64,000 nucleotides of DNA from Candidatus Egerieisoma sp. (GTDB taxonomy: Bacteria; Bacillota; Clostridia; UBA1212; UBA1255): positions 14,787 through 78,786 of the forward strand of contig JAZNOJ010000095.1 of the NCBI GenBank assembly GCA_045580735.1, in the 5' to 3' direction. Position numbers and translations under genes: made by a program. The number at the start of each line of letters is the position of its first letter. The first letter of the stretch is position 1. Below are positions 19,499 to 29,636 of this stretch, piece by piece. Under the pieces are notes generated by a model that was given only the letters and a program-made list of their open reading frames with translations, did no database searches and was not told where the DNA came from.

Positions 19499-20427
19499 AA
19501 AAATCATTTATTGTACTGTGCTTTGTGATTTTATTATTTTCTTCAGCATGTAATGTTTTAAATGGAGATATAGAAGGCAATTATACCATTAATGGAAATG
19601 AATATAATACAGCTAACTCAGGCGTGGTTATTATTAGTACACCAAATAGTACACCAAATGTAAATAATAGTAATTCTGATTCGACATCTGAGCAAGCTAA
19701 TGAAACACATGAGGTAATAATGCCAACTTCCACATCCTCTCCTGCGTTGCCAACCAGATATGTAGAAGAAAATCAAGTAGGTGAAAAAGCTTTGGACGGA
19801 TTAAAGATTTGTATTGATGCAGGACATCAAATAAAGGGTAATTACGACAAAGAAAAAACAGCCCCATGGAATGATGAGCTGAAGACAAAATGTACATCAG
19901 GAACGACCGGTAATTTTACAGGAATTGAAGAGTATGTAATGAATCTTGAAATTGCTTTAAAGCTCAAGGAAGGTCTTGAAAAATCAGGAGCAAGTGTTTT
20001 GATGATTAGAGATAATCATAATGTTGATATATCTAATAAAGAACGTGCTGAAATGGCAAATGAATATGATGCCGATGTGACCCTAAGAATACATGGAAAT
20101 TCCTGTGATATGCCGGAGGTTGAGGGCATTGAATTGTTTGTAAGAGATGTGGGAGACGAAAGCTCCGAATATAAAATAAAATCTGATAAAGATTATAAAA
20201 TTGCAGAAGGCCTCCTTGAAAGCATATGTGAAAAAACTGGTGCAAAGTCTAGGGGTGTGAAGCGTTCAGATTCATATACCGGCATAAATTGGTGTGAAAA
20301 CACATGTATAATTATCGAATGTGGATTTTTGTCAAATGAAAAAGAAGACAGGCTGTTAAATACTGACGAATACCAACGAAAAATAGTTGATGGTATTGTA
20401 AGCTATTTTGTTTCCTCATTAAATTGA
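19495..20427 (+). CDS. N-acetylmuramoyl-L-alanine amidase (Amidase_3 family), secreted/lipoprotein-like
   Basis: Signal peptide ending ...FSSAC, then a Ser/Asn/Thr-rich linker. Amidase_3 motifs are ICIDAGHQ, LRIHGNS and IIECGFLSN. Confidence 0.8.
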   Translation: MKKSFIVLCFVILLFSSACNVLNGDIEGNYTINGNEYNTANSGVVIISTPNSTPNVNNSNSDSTSEQANETHEVIMPTSTSSPALPTRYVEENQVGEKALDGLKICIDAGHQIKGNYDKEKTAPWNDELKTKCTSGTTGNFTGIEEYVMNLEIALKLKEGLEKSGASVLMIRDNHNVDISNKERAEMANEYDADVTLRIHGNSCDMPEVEGIELFVRDVGDESSEYKIKSDKDYKIAEGLLESICEKTGAKSRGVKRSDSYTGINWCENTCIIIECGFLSNEKEDRLLNTDEYQRKIVDGIVSYFVSSLN

Positions 20428-21383
20428 GAATCGTCTAAAAGTATTTCTGCGTTATATTTAGGACGACGTTTTGATTCGACATATATTTTTCCAATGTACT
20501 GACCTATTAAACCTATTGAAACTAGTTGTACTCCTCCTAAAAACCATATAGAGAGCATCAGCGAAGTCCATCCCGGGGTAGTGTTTCCATTAAAATATGA
20601 AATAAGACTATAAATGGCTGCAATTATTGAGCCAATTATAATAAAAATTCCTAAACCGGTAATTAGGGTGATTGGCTTTATGCTAAAGGAGGTTATACCA
20701 TCAAATGCGAATTTCAGCATTTTTTTGAGTGGGTATTTAGATTCACCAGCAGGTCTTTCCTTTCGCTCATAATATACACATGATGTTTTATATCCAATTA
20801 ATGGCACGATGCCACGCAAAAACATATTACGTTCCTCATATTTTTCTAGCTGTTCTACTGCTCTGCTGCTCATAAGACGAAAATCGGCATGATTATATAT
20901 AGTTTTAACACCTAAGGAATTCATGAGCTTATAAAAAGCTTGTGCGGTTGTGCGTTTGAAAAATGAATCGGTTTTTCTAGAGCTTCTCACTCCATAAACA
21001 ATGTCACAGCCTTCATAATACTTGTCAACCATTTGAATAATAGCTTGAATATCATCTTGAAGGTCAGCGTCAATCGAAACAGTTATGTCACACTTGTCTT
21101 TAGCAACAATTAATCCGGCTAAAAGTGCATTTTGATGACCAACATTTGCTGCAAGCTTAAGACCACTTACGTATTTGTTGCTTTTATATTCTTCTTCTAT
21201 GAGCTCCCATGTGTTGTCACGACTTCCGTCGTTAACATACAAAATTCGGCTTTTCTCAGATATTTTTCCATCTGAAATCATTTTTTTTACTAAATCTGTA
21301 AGCTGGGGTGCAGTGATAGGAAATACCTCTGACTCATTGTAGCATGGAACTACTATATAAAGTGTTGCTGGTTGTAAGAACAT
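20403..21383 (-). CDS. family 2 glycosyltransferase, polyprenyl-phosphate sugar transferase type (GtrB/CsbB-like) with two C-terminal TM helices
   Basis: Motifs VVPCYNE, YVNDGSRD and DADLQD, plus two C-terminal hydrophobic segments. Confidence 0.8.
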   Translation of the reverse strand: MFLQPATLYIVVPCYNESEVFPITAPQLTDLVKKMISDGKISEKSRILYVNDGSRDNTWELIEEEYKSNKYVSGLKLAANVGHQNALLAGLIVAKDKCDITVSIDADLQDDIQAIIQMVDKYYEGCDIVYGVRSSRKTDSFFKRTTAQAFYKLMNSLGVKTIYNHADFRLMSSRAVEQLEKYEERNMFLRGIVPLIGYKTSCVYYERKERPAGESKYPLKKMLKFAFDGITSFSIKPITLITGLGIFIIIGSIIAAIYSLISYFNGNTTPGWTSLMLSIWFLGGVQLVSIGLIGQYIGKIYVESKRRPKYNAEILLDDSQFNEETK

Positions 21384-21416
21384 AAAAGCACTCCTTGTTT
21401 ATTATATTAGATAGAT

Positions 21417-22904
21417 TTATATTTGTCCGTCAAATAAATCGTTGCTTGCATGTGCTGGCTCGCAAGTTAAATTATATCCCAATTTTTTACAAACCATATC
21501 ATCTGTCTGAGAAAGTATTACACTAGAATGTGCTTCAAGTCCGTATAACTCAGGGAGTTTTTCTAATGCCAAAGCCGCCATTGTATTAGTAACGGCTGAA
21601 ATACTTAAAGCAATTAATACTTCTTCTAGGCTTAATAATGGCTTGTCTGCTCCATATATGTCACGTTTTAATTCTAAAGTTGGTTCTAATACTAGTGGAG
21701 CTATTAGCAATAAGGAATCATCCAGGCCTGAAAGTCTTTTCAAAGCATTTAAGGTACAGCTTGCAGCGGCTGTCATAAGATTAGTATTTCGCCCAGTAAT
21801 GATTTCTCCATTAGTAAGCTCTATTGCCATAGCAGGTGAGCTGGAAGCATAAGACTTTTCTAATGCAGCATTGACTATTTTTCTGTCAGCAGGCTTTAAT
21901 TGTGCTTGATTCATAATGAGCTCTATTTTATCTACTGTAGCATTGTCGACTCTGCCTTGAAAATGATCACAGTGAATTTTATAATAACGTCTTATAATTT
22001 CTGCTCTAGCAGCAGTTCTTACAGCTTCATCATCTTCAATTGCATATCCAACCATATTTACACCCATATCTGTAGGTGAATTATAAACATCTTTTCCAAG
22101 AATCTTGTTCATAATTGTTTTTACAACAGGGAAAACATCAATATCCCTATTATAATTGACAGTGCTTATGTTGTAATTCTCAAGATGGTAAGGATCAATC
22201 ATATTTACATCCTTTAAATCTGCAGTTGCAGCTTCATATGCGAGATTTACAGGGTGCTTAAGTGGAAGATTCCAAACAGGAAATGTCTCGAATTTTGCAT
22301 ATCCTGCCGGGATACCTCTTTTATGCTCATGATACATTTGAGATAAACATGTTGCCATTTTTCCGCTACATGGACCCGGAGCTGTAACAACAACTAATTG
22401 TCTTGTGGTTTCTACATATTCATTTTTTCCGTAGCCATCATCACTTACAATTAAGTCAACATTTGCAGGATAACCTGGAATAGGATAGTGGATATATGTA
22501 TTTATACCACGTTTTTCAAGCTTGCTTCTAAAAACATCAGCGGCATGCTGTCCTGTATATTGAGTAATTACAACGTTCTTTATGAGTATTCCATATGCTC
22601 TGACAGAATCAATTAATCTTAATATTTCAAGATCGTATGTGATTCCGATATCAGCACGGATTTTATTTTTTTCTATATCTGCAGCATTAATGCAAATAAG
22701 AATTTCACAAATATCTTTAAATTCTAATAATAATTTGATTTTATTATCTGGTTCAAAGCCCGGAAGAACTCTTGCTGCATGAAAATCATCAAAAAGCTTT
22801 CCGCCAAATTCGAGGTATAGCTTATCGCCAAAAAGACTAATTCGTTCTTTAATATGTTTTGTTTGTTTTTCAATATAAAGTGCGTTGTTAAATGGTGATT
22901 GCAT
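21417..22904 (-). CDS. UPF0371/DUF1846 family protein (function unknown)
   Basis: The N-terminal signature KLYLEFGGKLFDDFHAARVLPGFEPDNKIKLL is characteristic of this roughly 495-aa family. Confidence 0.8.
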   Translation of the reverse strand: MQSPFNNALYIEKQTKHIKERISLFGDKLYLEFGGKLFDDFHAARVLPGFEPDNKIKLLLEFKDICEILICINAADIEKNKIRADIGITYDLEILRLIDSVRAYGILIKNVVITQYTGQHAADVFRSKLEKRGINTYIHYPIPGYPANVDLIVSDDGYGKNEYVETTRQLVVVTAPGPCSGKMATCLSQMYHEHKRGIPAGYAKFETFPVWNLPLKHPVNLAYEAATADLKDVNMIDPYHLENYNISTVNYNRDIDVFPVVKTIMNKILGKDVYNSPTDMGVNMVGYAIEDDEAVRTAARAEIIRRYYKIHCDHFQGRVDNATVDKIELIMNQAQLKPADRKIVNAALEKSYASSSPAMAIELTNGEIITGRNTNLMTAAASCTLNALKRLSGLDDSLLLIAPLVLEPTLELKRDIYGADKPLLSLEEVLIALSISAVTNTMAALALEKLPELYGLEAHSSVILSQTDDMVCKKLGYNLTCEPAHASNDLFDGQI

Positions 22905-23144
22905 AAAAAAATCTCCTGTTCAATTATAAATAAAATAAAATAGAATATATTATTTTTAAATAAAAAAACAACGTGATTTATTATAGCATTTTAAAGAATT
23001 TAAAGCAATTAAAAAATGCACTTACTATTCATTTATTACTAGAATTTTTTATTTGACCTTTTTATAAAATAGTGTTACTCTAACGAGGTATATATTGTTA
23101 AATATGGGAATATATTATTTAATTCTCTTTAATGAGGTGAAGAT

Positions 23145-23468
23145 ATGGGTGCAGTATTAGAGGTTGTTATTATAGGTGTTTTATTGGTATTTTTGATTCT
23201 TCTATTAATAACATTTTTGATGATGGTTTTTCCTTATTTGTTAGGAGAAAGGAAGAAAACTAAAACACAAGCAGAGGAAAATATTCAAAGTTCTACCGTA
23301 GAAACTGTTGCCGAAATTTCAAATGCTGATATAAGTGATGATTACACTTTAATTAGTGTCATAACTGCAGCTATTGCAGCTTACAGAGAGGCAAATGGAG
23401 AAGGTGCTAACAGTTCAGACTTTAGAGTAGTTGCTTTTAGAAAAACTGGTAGCTATAGGAATATGTAA
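23145..23468 (+). CDS. Na+-transporting decarboxylase gamma subunit (OadG-like)
   Basis: A single N-terminal TM helix, and the C-terminal ISVITAAIAAYRE motif typical of OadG-family small subunits. It sits immediately upstream of the beta subunit. Confidence 0.7.
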   Translation: MGAVLEVVIIGVLLVFLILLLITFLMMVFPYLLGERKKTKTQAEENIQSSTVETVAEISNADISDDYTLISVITAAIAAYREANGEGANSSDFRVVAFRKTGSYRNM

Positions 23469-23486
23469 GGAGGATTTAGATTAATT

Positions 23487-24635
23487 ATGAATGCGTTAAT
23501 TAATACAATTTCTGATTTGTTAATGGAATCAGGCTTCTATAGCATATTTAATAGCTTTTTAGATGGCGGTTGGAAAACTGTTGTAATGCTCTTGATTTCT
23601 CTTGTTTTAATTTATCTTGCAATTGTTAAAAAATTTGAACCATTGCTCCTGCTTCCGATAGCCTTTGGTATGCTTCTTGCCAATCTTCCATTGGCAGAGC
23701 TGGGCTCTACAGATGAGGGCGGCTTGCTTTATTACTTATATCAAGGTGTTAAATTGAAAATTTATCCACCATTAATATTCCTTGGAATAGGTGTAATGAC
23801 AGATTTTGGTCCATTGATTGCAAATCCTAAAAGCTTGCTTTTGGGTGCTGCAGCACAGGTTGGTATATTTATTACATTTATAGGTGCAACATTACTGGGA
23901 TTTACGCATGCGGAGGCAGGTGCGATAGGCATTATAGGAGGCGCAGATGGACCGACAGCAATTTTTACAGCTGGGGAGCTGGCACCTCATTTAATTCCTG
24001 CTATAGCAGTTGCGGCATACTCGTATATGGCGCTTGTTCCGGTTATTCAGCCTCCAATTATGAAGGCTTTAACTACTAAAAAGGAAAGAGCTGTAAAAAT
24101 GGTACAGCTTAGAGAGGTTTCTAAGAAGGAAAAAATTATTTTCCCTATTTTAGTAACAATTTTGGTTTCATTATTGCTTCCGTCTGCTGCTACTCTCGTT
24201 GGTATGCTCATGTTAGGTAATTTAATAAGAGAATCAGGTGTATGTGATAGACTAGCAAAAACTGCACAAAATGAGCTTATGAACATAGTTACAATTTTCT
24301 TAGGAATATCAGTTGGTTCAACAGCTACTGCAGAAAATTTCCTAAATGCACAGACACTTGGAATATTATTACTTGGTATGGTTGCATTTGCAATGGGAAC
24401 AGCATCAGGAGTTTTATTTGGTAAGCTTATGTGCTTTGTAACTAAAGGAAAGGTTAATCCTCTTATAGGAGCTGCCGGGGTTTCTGCTGTTCCTATGGCT
24501 GCTAGAATTGCCCAAAAGGTAGGTCGTGAGGAGGATCCGAATAACTATCTTCTTATGCATGCTATGGGCCCAAATGTTGCCGGTGTAATAGGCTCAGCCG
24601 TTGCATCAGGAATTTTAATTACTATGCTTGGTTAA
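23487..24635 (+). CDS. Na+-transporting decarboxylase beta subunit (OadB/GcdB/MmdB family)
   Basis: A polytopic 382-aa membrane protein. The conserved stretches [15 protein letters not shown] and [15 protein letters not shown] are typical of the family. Confidence 0.88.
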   Translation: MNALINTISDLLMESGFYSIFNSFLDGGWKTVVMLLISLVLIYLAIVKKFEPLLLLPIAFGMLLANLPLAELGSTDEGGLLYYLYQGVKLKIYPPLIFLGIGVMTDFGPLIANPKSLLLGAAAQVGIFITFIGATLLGFTHAEAGAIGIIGGADGPTAIFTAGELAPHLIPAIAVAAYSYMALVPVIQPPIMKALTTKKERAVKMVQLREVSKKEKIIFPILVTILVSLLLPSAATLVGMLMLGNLIRESGVCDRLAKTAQNELMNIVTIFLGISVGSTATAENFLNAQTLGILLLGMVAFAMGTASGVLFGKLMCFVTKGKVNPLIGAAGVSAVPMAARIAQKVGREEDPNNYLLMHAMGPNVAGVIGSAVASGILITMLG

Positions 24636-24687
24636 ATCCGTAATATTGCGGTTTAAATATTAAATAATACAATTTGGAGGTTTTGAT

Positions 24688-26592
24688 ATGGAAAACATGA
24701 ATGGTTCTGTATCAATAAATACAGAAAATATATTTCCTATAATAAAAAAATGGCTTTATTCAGAAAAGGATATTTTCCTTAGAGAAGTAGTTTCAAATGC
24801 AAGTGATGCTATAAGTAAGCTTAAAAAATTAATTTCACTTGGCGAAGCTAATATTAATGAAGAAGAATGGAAAATAGAGGTTACACTTGACAAGGAAGCC
24901 GGAACAATTACGATTTTTGATAATGGTATCGGAATGACTCAGGAGGAAGTATTAAAATATATAAATCAAATTGCTTTTTCAGGTGCTAAGGATTTCCTTG
25001 AAAAATATCAAGACAAGACTGACGATGGACAAATAATAGGTCATTTCGGTTTGGGCTTTTATTCAGTATTTATGGTATCGGACAAGGTTGAAATTGATAC
25101 TTTGTCATATCAAGAGGGTGCAGAGGCAGTCCATTGGGAAAGTGAATCCGGAATGGACTTTGCAATAACTCCTTCAGACACATGTGAAAGAGGAACATAT
25201 ATCACTCTTCATATTTCTGAAGATAGCAAGGAATATCTAGATGGATACAAGCTTAATGAAACACTTGTTAAGTATTTCTCATTCCTTCCAATAAATCTTT
25301 ATTTTATAGATACTCAAGCGGAAGATAAAAAGCTTGAGGAAATAGAAAGTAAAAATAAAGAAGCCAAAGAAAAGGGTGAACTTGCTGAAGAAATTTATGA
25401 AGCACCTAAGCCAATAAATAATACTACACCTCTTTGGGCAAAGCCTGTAAAGGATTGCACAGATGAAGAATATAAGGCCTTTTACAGAACATTATTTAAT
25501 GATTTCAATGAACCACTATTTTGGATACATCTCAATATAGATTACCCATTTAATCTAAAAGGCATTTTATATTTTCCAAAGCTTAAGAGTCAATATGACA
25601 CTTTAGAGGGCGTGATAAAGGTATATTATAATCAGGTCTTTGTAGCAGACAATGTTAAAGAAATTTTACCGGAATTTTTGATGCTATTAAAAGGTGCAAT
25701 AGATTGTCCTGATTTACCGCTTAATGTATCGAGAAGCTTTTTACAAAATGATGGATATGTTAATAAAATATCGTCACATATAACAAAAAAGGTAGCTGAT
25801 AAGCTCACCGGCTTGTTTAATACAGAAAAAGAGCAATATTTCAAATATTGGGATGATATTAATCCTTTTGTTAAGTTTGGATGTTTAAAAGACGAAAAAT
25901 TCTATGACAAGGTTAAAGAAGCAATCGTATTTAAAACAATAAATGATGAATATTTAACTATTGACGAATTTGCAACGGATAAGATTTATTATGTTGATGA
26001 TCCGGTACAGCAATCTCAGTACGTAAATATGTATAAGGATTCAAATATCAAGATTGTAATATTAAACGGACCTTTAGATAATCATTTTATGAGCTTTATT
26101 GAGTATAAGAATGCGGGTAAAATTAAATTTGTAAGAGTCGATTCAGCTTTAACGGATGATATGAAGGACAATGCTTCTAATATCACTCAGGAAGAGCTTG
26201 ATAAGCTTGCAGAGTGCTGCTTAGAGGGTTTTAAAAAGGCTTCATCAAATGATAAATTAATTGTAAAGGCTGAAGCAATGAAATCATCCATGCCAGCTGT
26301 ATTGCTTTTATCTGAAGAATCAAGAAGAATGCAAGAAATGGCAAAAATGTATGGAGGTCTTGGCTTCCCGATGAATGATGAGGTGACAATTGTTCTTAAT
26401 GCTACGAACAAAACGGTATTAAAGCTCAAGGAATTGCAAGCAGATGGAAGTGACAAGGAGCTTGAGGAAATGTTATATGGGCAGATTTACGATTTAGCCA
26501 GCCTTGCACATAAGCCAATGGAAGCAGATTCCATGACAAGATTTATTGAGCGTTCCTCAAAAATATTGGATAAGTTTTCAGAAGAAGCATAA
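24688..26592 (+). CDS. htpG: molecular chaperone HtpG (Hsp90)
   Basis: GHKL ATPase motifs FLREVVSNASDA, DNGIGM and GHFGLGFYS. Length is 634 aa. Confidence 0.93.
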   Translation: MENMNGSVSINTENIFPIIKKWLYSEKDIFLREVVSNASDAISKLKKLISLGEANINEEEWKIEVTLDKEAGTITIFDNGIGMTQEEVLKYINQIAFSGAKDFLEKYQDKTDDGQIIGHFGLGFYSVFMVSDKVEIDTLSYQEGAEAVHWESESGMDFAITPSDTCERGTYITLHISEDSKEYLDGYKLNETLVKYFSFLPINLYFIDTQAEDKKLEEIESKNKEAKEKGELAEEIYEAPKPINNTTPLWAKPVKDCTDEEYKAFYRTLFNDFNEPLFWIHLNIDYPFNLKGILYFPKLKSQYDTLEGVIKVYYNQVFVADNVKEILPEFLMLLKGAIDCPDLPLNVSRSFLQNDGYVNKISSHITKKVADKLTGLFNTEKEQYFKYWDDINPFVKFGCLKDEKFYDKVKEAIVFKTINDEYLTIDEFATDKIYYVDDPVQQSQYVNMYKDSNIKIVILNGPLDNHFMSFIEYKNAGKIKFVRVDSALTDDMKDNASNITQEELDKLAECCLEGFKKASSNDKLIVKAEAMKSSMPAVLLLSEESRRMQEMAKMYGGLGFPMNDEVTIVLNATNKTVLKLKELQADGSDKELEEMLYGQIYDLASLAHKPMEADSMTRFIERSSKILDKFSEEA

Positions 26593-26606
26593 AAAGGATG
26601 GTATTT

Positions 26607-27827
26607 ATGAAATATTTAGTTTTATTAGGAGATGGAATGGCAGATTATCCTATTGATGAGCTAGGAGGCTGCACACCACTTGAAAAAGCCAATAAACCTA
26701 TAATGGATAAGCTTGCTAAATATTCAGAGTTAGGTTTGGCAAAAACTGTTCCTGATCATTTAAATCCACCAGGTAGTGATATTGCGAATATGTCTGTAAT
26801 GGGGTACGATCCAGATGTTTATTATACTGGAAGATCTCCATTAGAAGCAGTAAGCATGGGAATAGAGCTTGAAGATGATGACATAGCTATTAGATGCAAT
26901 TTAGTAACTCTTTCTGATGACGAGATATATGAAAATTGTACAATGGTTGACTATAGCTCTGACGAAATTTCAACACAGGAATCCACTGAGCTAATCAAAT
27001 ATATAGACGAAAAGCTAGGAACTGATAAGATAAGATTCTATCCAGGAATAAGCTATAGACATTGCGTTGTTATTAAAAATCAAAAAACAGCAGATATGAG
27101 CTTTACACCTCCTCATGATATTTCAGGCAGAAAAATTACTGAATATACACCTAAGGGTGATATGGGACTTGAGTTATTTGAGCTTATGAAAAAAAGTCGC
27201 GAGCTTTTGAAAAATCATCCTATTAATCAAAAGAGAATTGAAAAGGGCTTACATCCTGCAACCTCTATTTGGTTATGGGGTCAGGGAAGACGCCCAAGCT
27301 TTGATAGCTTTGAAGACATGCATAATATCAAAGGATGCGTGATTTCAGCGGTGGACCTTGTAAAGGGTTTGGGAATATGTGCGAAAATGGAAGTGCCTGA
27401 AATTGAAGGCTCTACAGGAAATATTCATACAAATTTTGAAGGAAAAGCTGATGCTGCAATTGAGTTCTATAAGAAGGGTGGAGATTTTGTATATCTTCAT
27501 GTTGAAGCACCTGATGAATGTGGACATAGACATGAGGTGGATAATAAGGTTAAAGCCATTGAATACTTAGATAGTAGAATATTAAGCAAAATCGTCGAGT
27601 ATTTTGAAGAAGCTGGAGAGGACTATAAAATTCTCGTTATGCCAGATCACCCCACACCACTTTCTATAATGACACATACACACGAGCCTGTACCATATAT
27701 GATTTATGATAGCAGGAGAGAGGGTATGGTTTCAGAAAATGCCATATATAGTGAAGCTTGTGCTAAACAGACTGGAAATTATATGGCAAAGGGTTATAAA
27801 CTTTTAGGGTATTTTTTAGATAAATAA
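26607..27827 (+). CDS. apgM: cofactor-independent phosphoglycerate mutase, ApgM/archaeal type (alkaline-phosphatase superfamily)
   Basis: LLGDGMADYP start and the metal site HVEAPDECGH. The start is trimmed to ATG 26607 because the first ATG abuts the AGGA of the RBS. Confidence 0.8.
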   Translation: MKYLVLLGDGMADYPIDELGGCTPLEKANKPIMDKLAKYSELGLAKTVPDHLNPPGSDIANMSVMGYDPDVYYTGRSPLEAVSMGIELEDDDIAIRCNLVTLSDDEIYENCTMVDYSSDEISTQESTELIKYIDEKLGTDKIRFYPGISYRHCVVIKNQKTADMSFTPPHDISGRKITEYTPKGDMGLELFELMKKSRELLKNHPINQKRIEKGLHPATSIWLWGQGRRPSFDSFEDMHNIKGCVISAVDLVKGLGICAKMEVPEIEGSTGNIHTNFEGKADAAIEFYKKGGDFVYLHVEAPDECGHRHEVDNKVKAIEYLDSRILSKIVEYFEEAGEDYKILVMPDHPTPLSIMTHTHEPVPYMIYDSRREGMVSENAIYSEACAKQTGNYMAKGYKLLGYFLDK

Positions 27828-27842
27828 TGTTGTTTTACTGAT

Positions 27843-27895
27843 TGCCAAGAGAACTAAAGCTATATATATGCAAGGCTCTTGGCATACTTTTATTT
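27843..27895 (+). terminator. candidate rho-independent terminator after apgM
   Basis: TGCCAAGAG (27843..27851) pairs with CTCTTGGCA (27876..27884) and is followed by TACTTTTATTT. The loop is long at 24 nt. Confidence 0.45.
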
Positions 27896-27918
27896 AACTT
27901 GATTAGGAGAATGATAAT

Positions 27919-29397
27919 ATGAAAGTGTTTAAAGAAAAACACGATTTGGAAACTGTAGTGAATAATATTTCAATGTCACTTGAAAAACAACCAAGGCCAA
28001 ATGATACATGTGAAAAAATTGACTTTACTGTTTCTAAAACTATTAGTTCAAACATGGTTGTTCAGAGAAATAATTATTTCAATGTATTCGGATGGTCAAA
28101 TAATTACGGTGGCGTAATATATGCAGATTTCATGGGTGAGACAAGATATGGTATTATAAATGATAATGGTGAATGGAGTATAAAATTTTCACCGCATGAG
28201 GCTACCTTTGAATCACAAACATTGAAAATATATCCTAGTAATGGAAATGCTATTGAATTTGAGGATATTTTAATCGGGGATGTATGGCTCGTTTCAGGTC
28301 AGTCAAATGCAGAACTTAATATGTCAGTATGCATTCCGCGGGATTTAGAATATAAAAATGAAATTAATAAAGAAGAAAAAATAAGGATTTTTTCTCAAAC
28401 AAGGGAATATGTAGTAGAACAGAAAAATGTTATTGATTTATCTGTTCCGCAAAGGGATGTTATAAATGATGAATGGAAATGGAACAAGGCCTCGTTTTCA
28501 GCGGTAAGCAGCTTCTCTGCCTTAGGTTATTATTTTGCAAATGAGCTGAGCAAAATGGCAAATATTCCATTAGGTGTTATTATGACAGCTGCAGGTGGTG
28601 CGACTATTCACGAATTGATGCCTAATAATGTATCTTTAGAGTGTAAGCCTAATTTTGTTCCTACAGTACCTGCAGGTGGTTTTTATAACTCTTTAATGTA
28701 TCCGTTTGTTAAAAATCCAATTACCGGAATGATTTTTTATCAAGGTGAAAGCGAATCTAATGCAGGTCATTATAAAACCTACGCAAACAATTTAATTAAA
28801 ACCTTTAATGGGTATAGAAAAGAATGGGGATTGAATTTTCCTATTATAAATGTTCAGCTTTCAACGCATGGAGAAGAAGGCTTTAAGGCGTGGTACGAAA
28901 TTCAAAATATTAGAGCTATACAATTTGATGTTACCAAAAAGCTGGATAATTGTTATTTGATAGTTTCAAGAGATCATGGAATAAGACCAGGTGATGATGA
29001 TTTTGGACACCCTAAATATAAGCATCAGCTTGGTGTAAGAGCCGCAAATGTGGCAGCAAAACACATTTATAGCATAGATATAGACGATGCACTGTTAAGT
29101 CCTGAGCCATGCAAGGTTACATGGAATATTGATAATGCTATAATTGATTTTTGTAACGTAGGAGAGGGCTTGAAATTACTTGATGGGCAGTGTCTTGCAG
29201 GCTTTACAGTATTAGATGCGGATGGAAATAATATTATATGTGAAGCAGAAATCATAGATGAGTGCTCTGTTAAAATAACATTTTCAGGACATGCTGCAAA
29301 ATTGCAATTTGCGATGCTTCCAAATGCAATAATACGTTATGGTAATTTAGGAAATAGCTTAGGCTTGCCGGCTCCATGTTTTGAAATAGATAAATAA
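27919..29397 (+). CDS. sialate O-acetylesterase-like SGNH/SASA-domain carbohydrate esterase (no signal peptide seen)
   Basis: LVSGQSNAE nucleophile block and the FYQGESESN block. Length is 492 aa. Confidence 0.7.
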   Translation: MKVFKEKHDLETVVNNISMSLEKQPRPNDTCEKIDFTVSKTISSNMVVQRNNYFNVFGWSNNYGGVIYADFMGETRYGIINDNGEWSIKFSPHEATFESQTLKIYPSNGNAIEFEDILIGDVWLVSGQSNAELNMSVCIPRDLEYKNEINKEEKIRIFSQTREYVVEQKNVIDLSVPQRDVINDEWKWNKASFSAVSSFSALGYYFANELSKMANIPLGVIMTAAGGATIHELMPNNVSLECKPNFVPTVPAGGFYNSLMYPFVKNPITGMIFYQGESESNAGHYKTYANNLIKTFNGYRKEWGLNFPIINVQLSTHGEEGFKAWYEIQNIRAIQFDVTKKLDNCYLIVSRDHGIRPGDDDFGHPKYKHQLGVRAANVAAKHIYSIDIDDALLSPEPCKVTWNIDNAIIDFCNVGEGLKLLDGQCLAGFTVLDADGNNIICEAEIIDECSVKITFSGHAAKLQFAMLPNAIIRYGNLGNSLGLPAPCFEIDK

Positions 29398-29404
29398 TTT
29401 TTTG

Positions 29405-29433
29405 TTGACATTAATGATATGCAGTATTAAAAT
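29405..29433 (+). promoter_or_regulatory. sigma-A promoter of the aroF-tyrA leader
   Basis: TTGACA (29405..29410), 17-nt spacer, TAAAAT (29428..29433). Confidence 0.7.
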
Positions 29434-29467
29434 ATAGCGGTAACATGGTAGGCGGGAGTTCATGATT

Positions 29468-29560
29468 ATGAAGAACAAATTGTTTACAACAGTATATTTT
29501 TATTTTTACTTTTACTTTTGCAATTATTTTATAAAAGTTAAAGAAGCTTCTGTTGTATAA
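29468..29560 (+). CDS. Phe/Tyr-rich leader peptide (30 aa: MKNKLFTTVYFYFYFYFCNYFIKVKEASVV)
   Basis: Read manually; it is below the ORF-track length cutoff. GGGAG (29454..29458) lies 9 nt upstream of ATG 29468, and an in-frame ATG at 29462 is too close to the RBS. 11 of 30 codons are Phe or Tyr, including the run TAT TTT TAT TTT TAC TTT TAC TTT. Confidence 0.75.
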   Translation: MKNKLFTTVYFYFYFYFCNYFIKVKEASVV

Positions 29561-29597
29561 ATTTTCATTGAATTTCTAAGGATTACGAAAGAATTTC

Positions 29598-29636
29598 ACC
29601 GTACGGCAGAAGAAAACCGTACGGTATTTTAATTTT
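29598..29636 (+). terminator. attenuator terminator immediately upstream of the aroF RBS
   Basis: ACCGTACGG (29598..29606) pairs perfectly with CCGTACGGT (29617..29625) across a 10-nt loop and is followed by ATTTTAATTTT. The aroF RBS AAGGAGG follows directly. Confidence 0.85.

Noticed and set aside
24638-24654. A short palindrome CCGTAATATTGCGG after the decarboxylase beta-subunit gene, considered as a terminator.
   Set aside because: Only 4-6 bp can pair, with a very small loop and a weak T-tract, and htpG follows within 50 nt. The genes are probably co-transcribed, or the signal is too weak to call.
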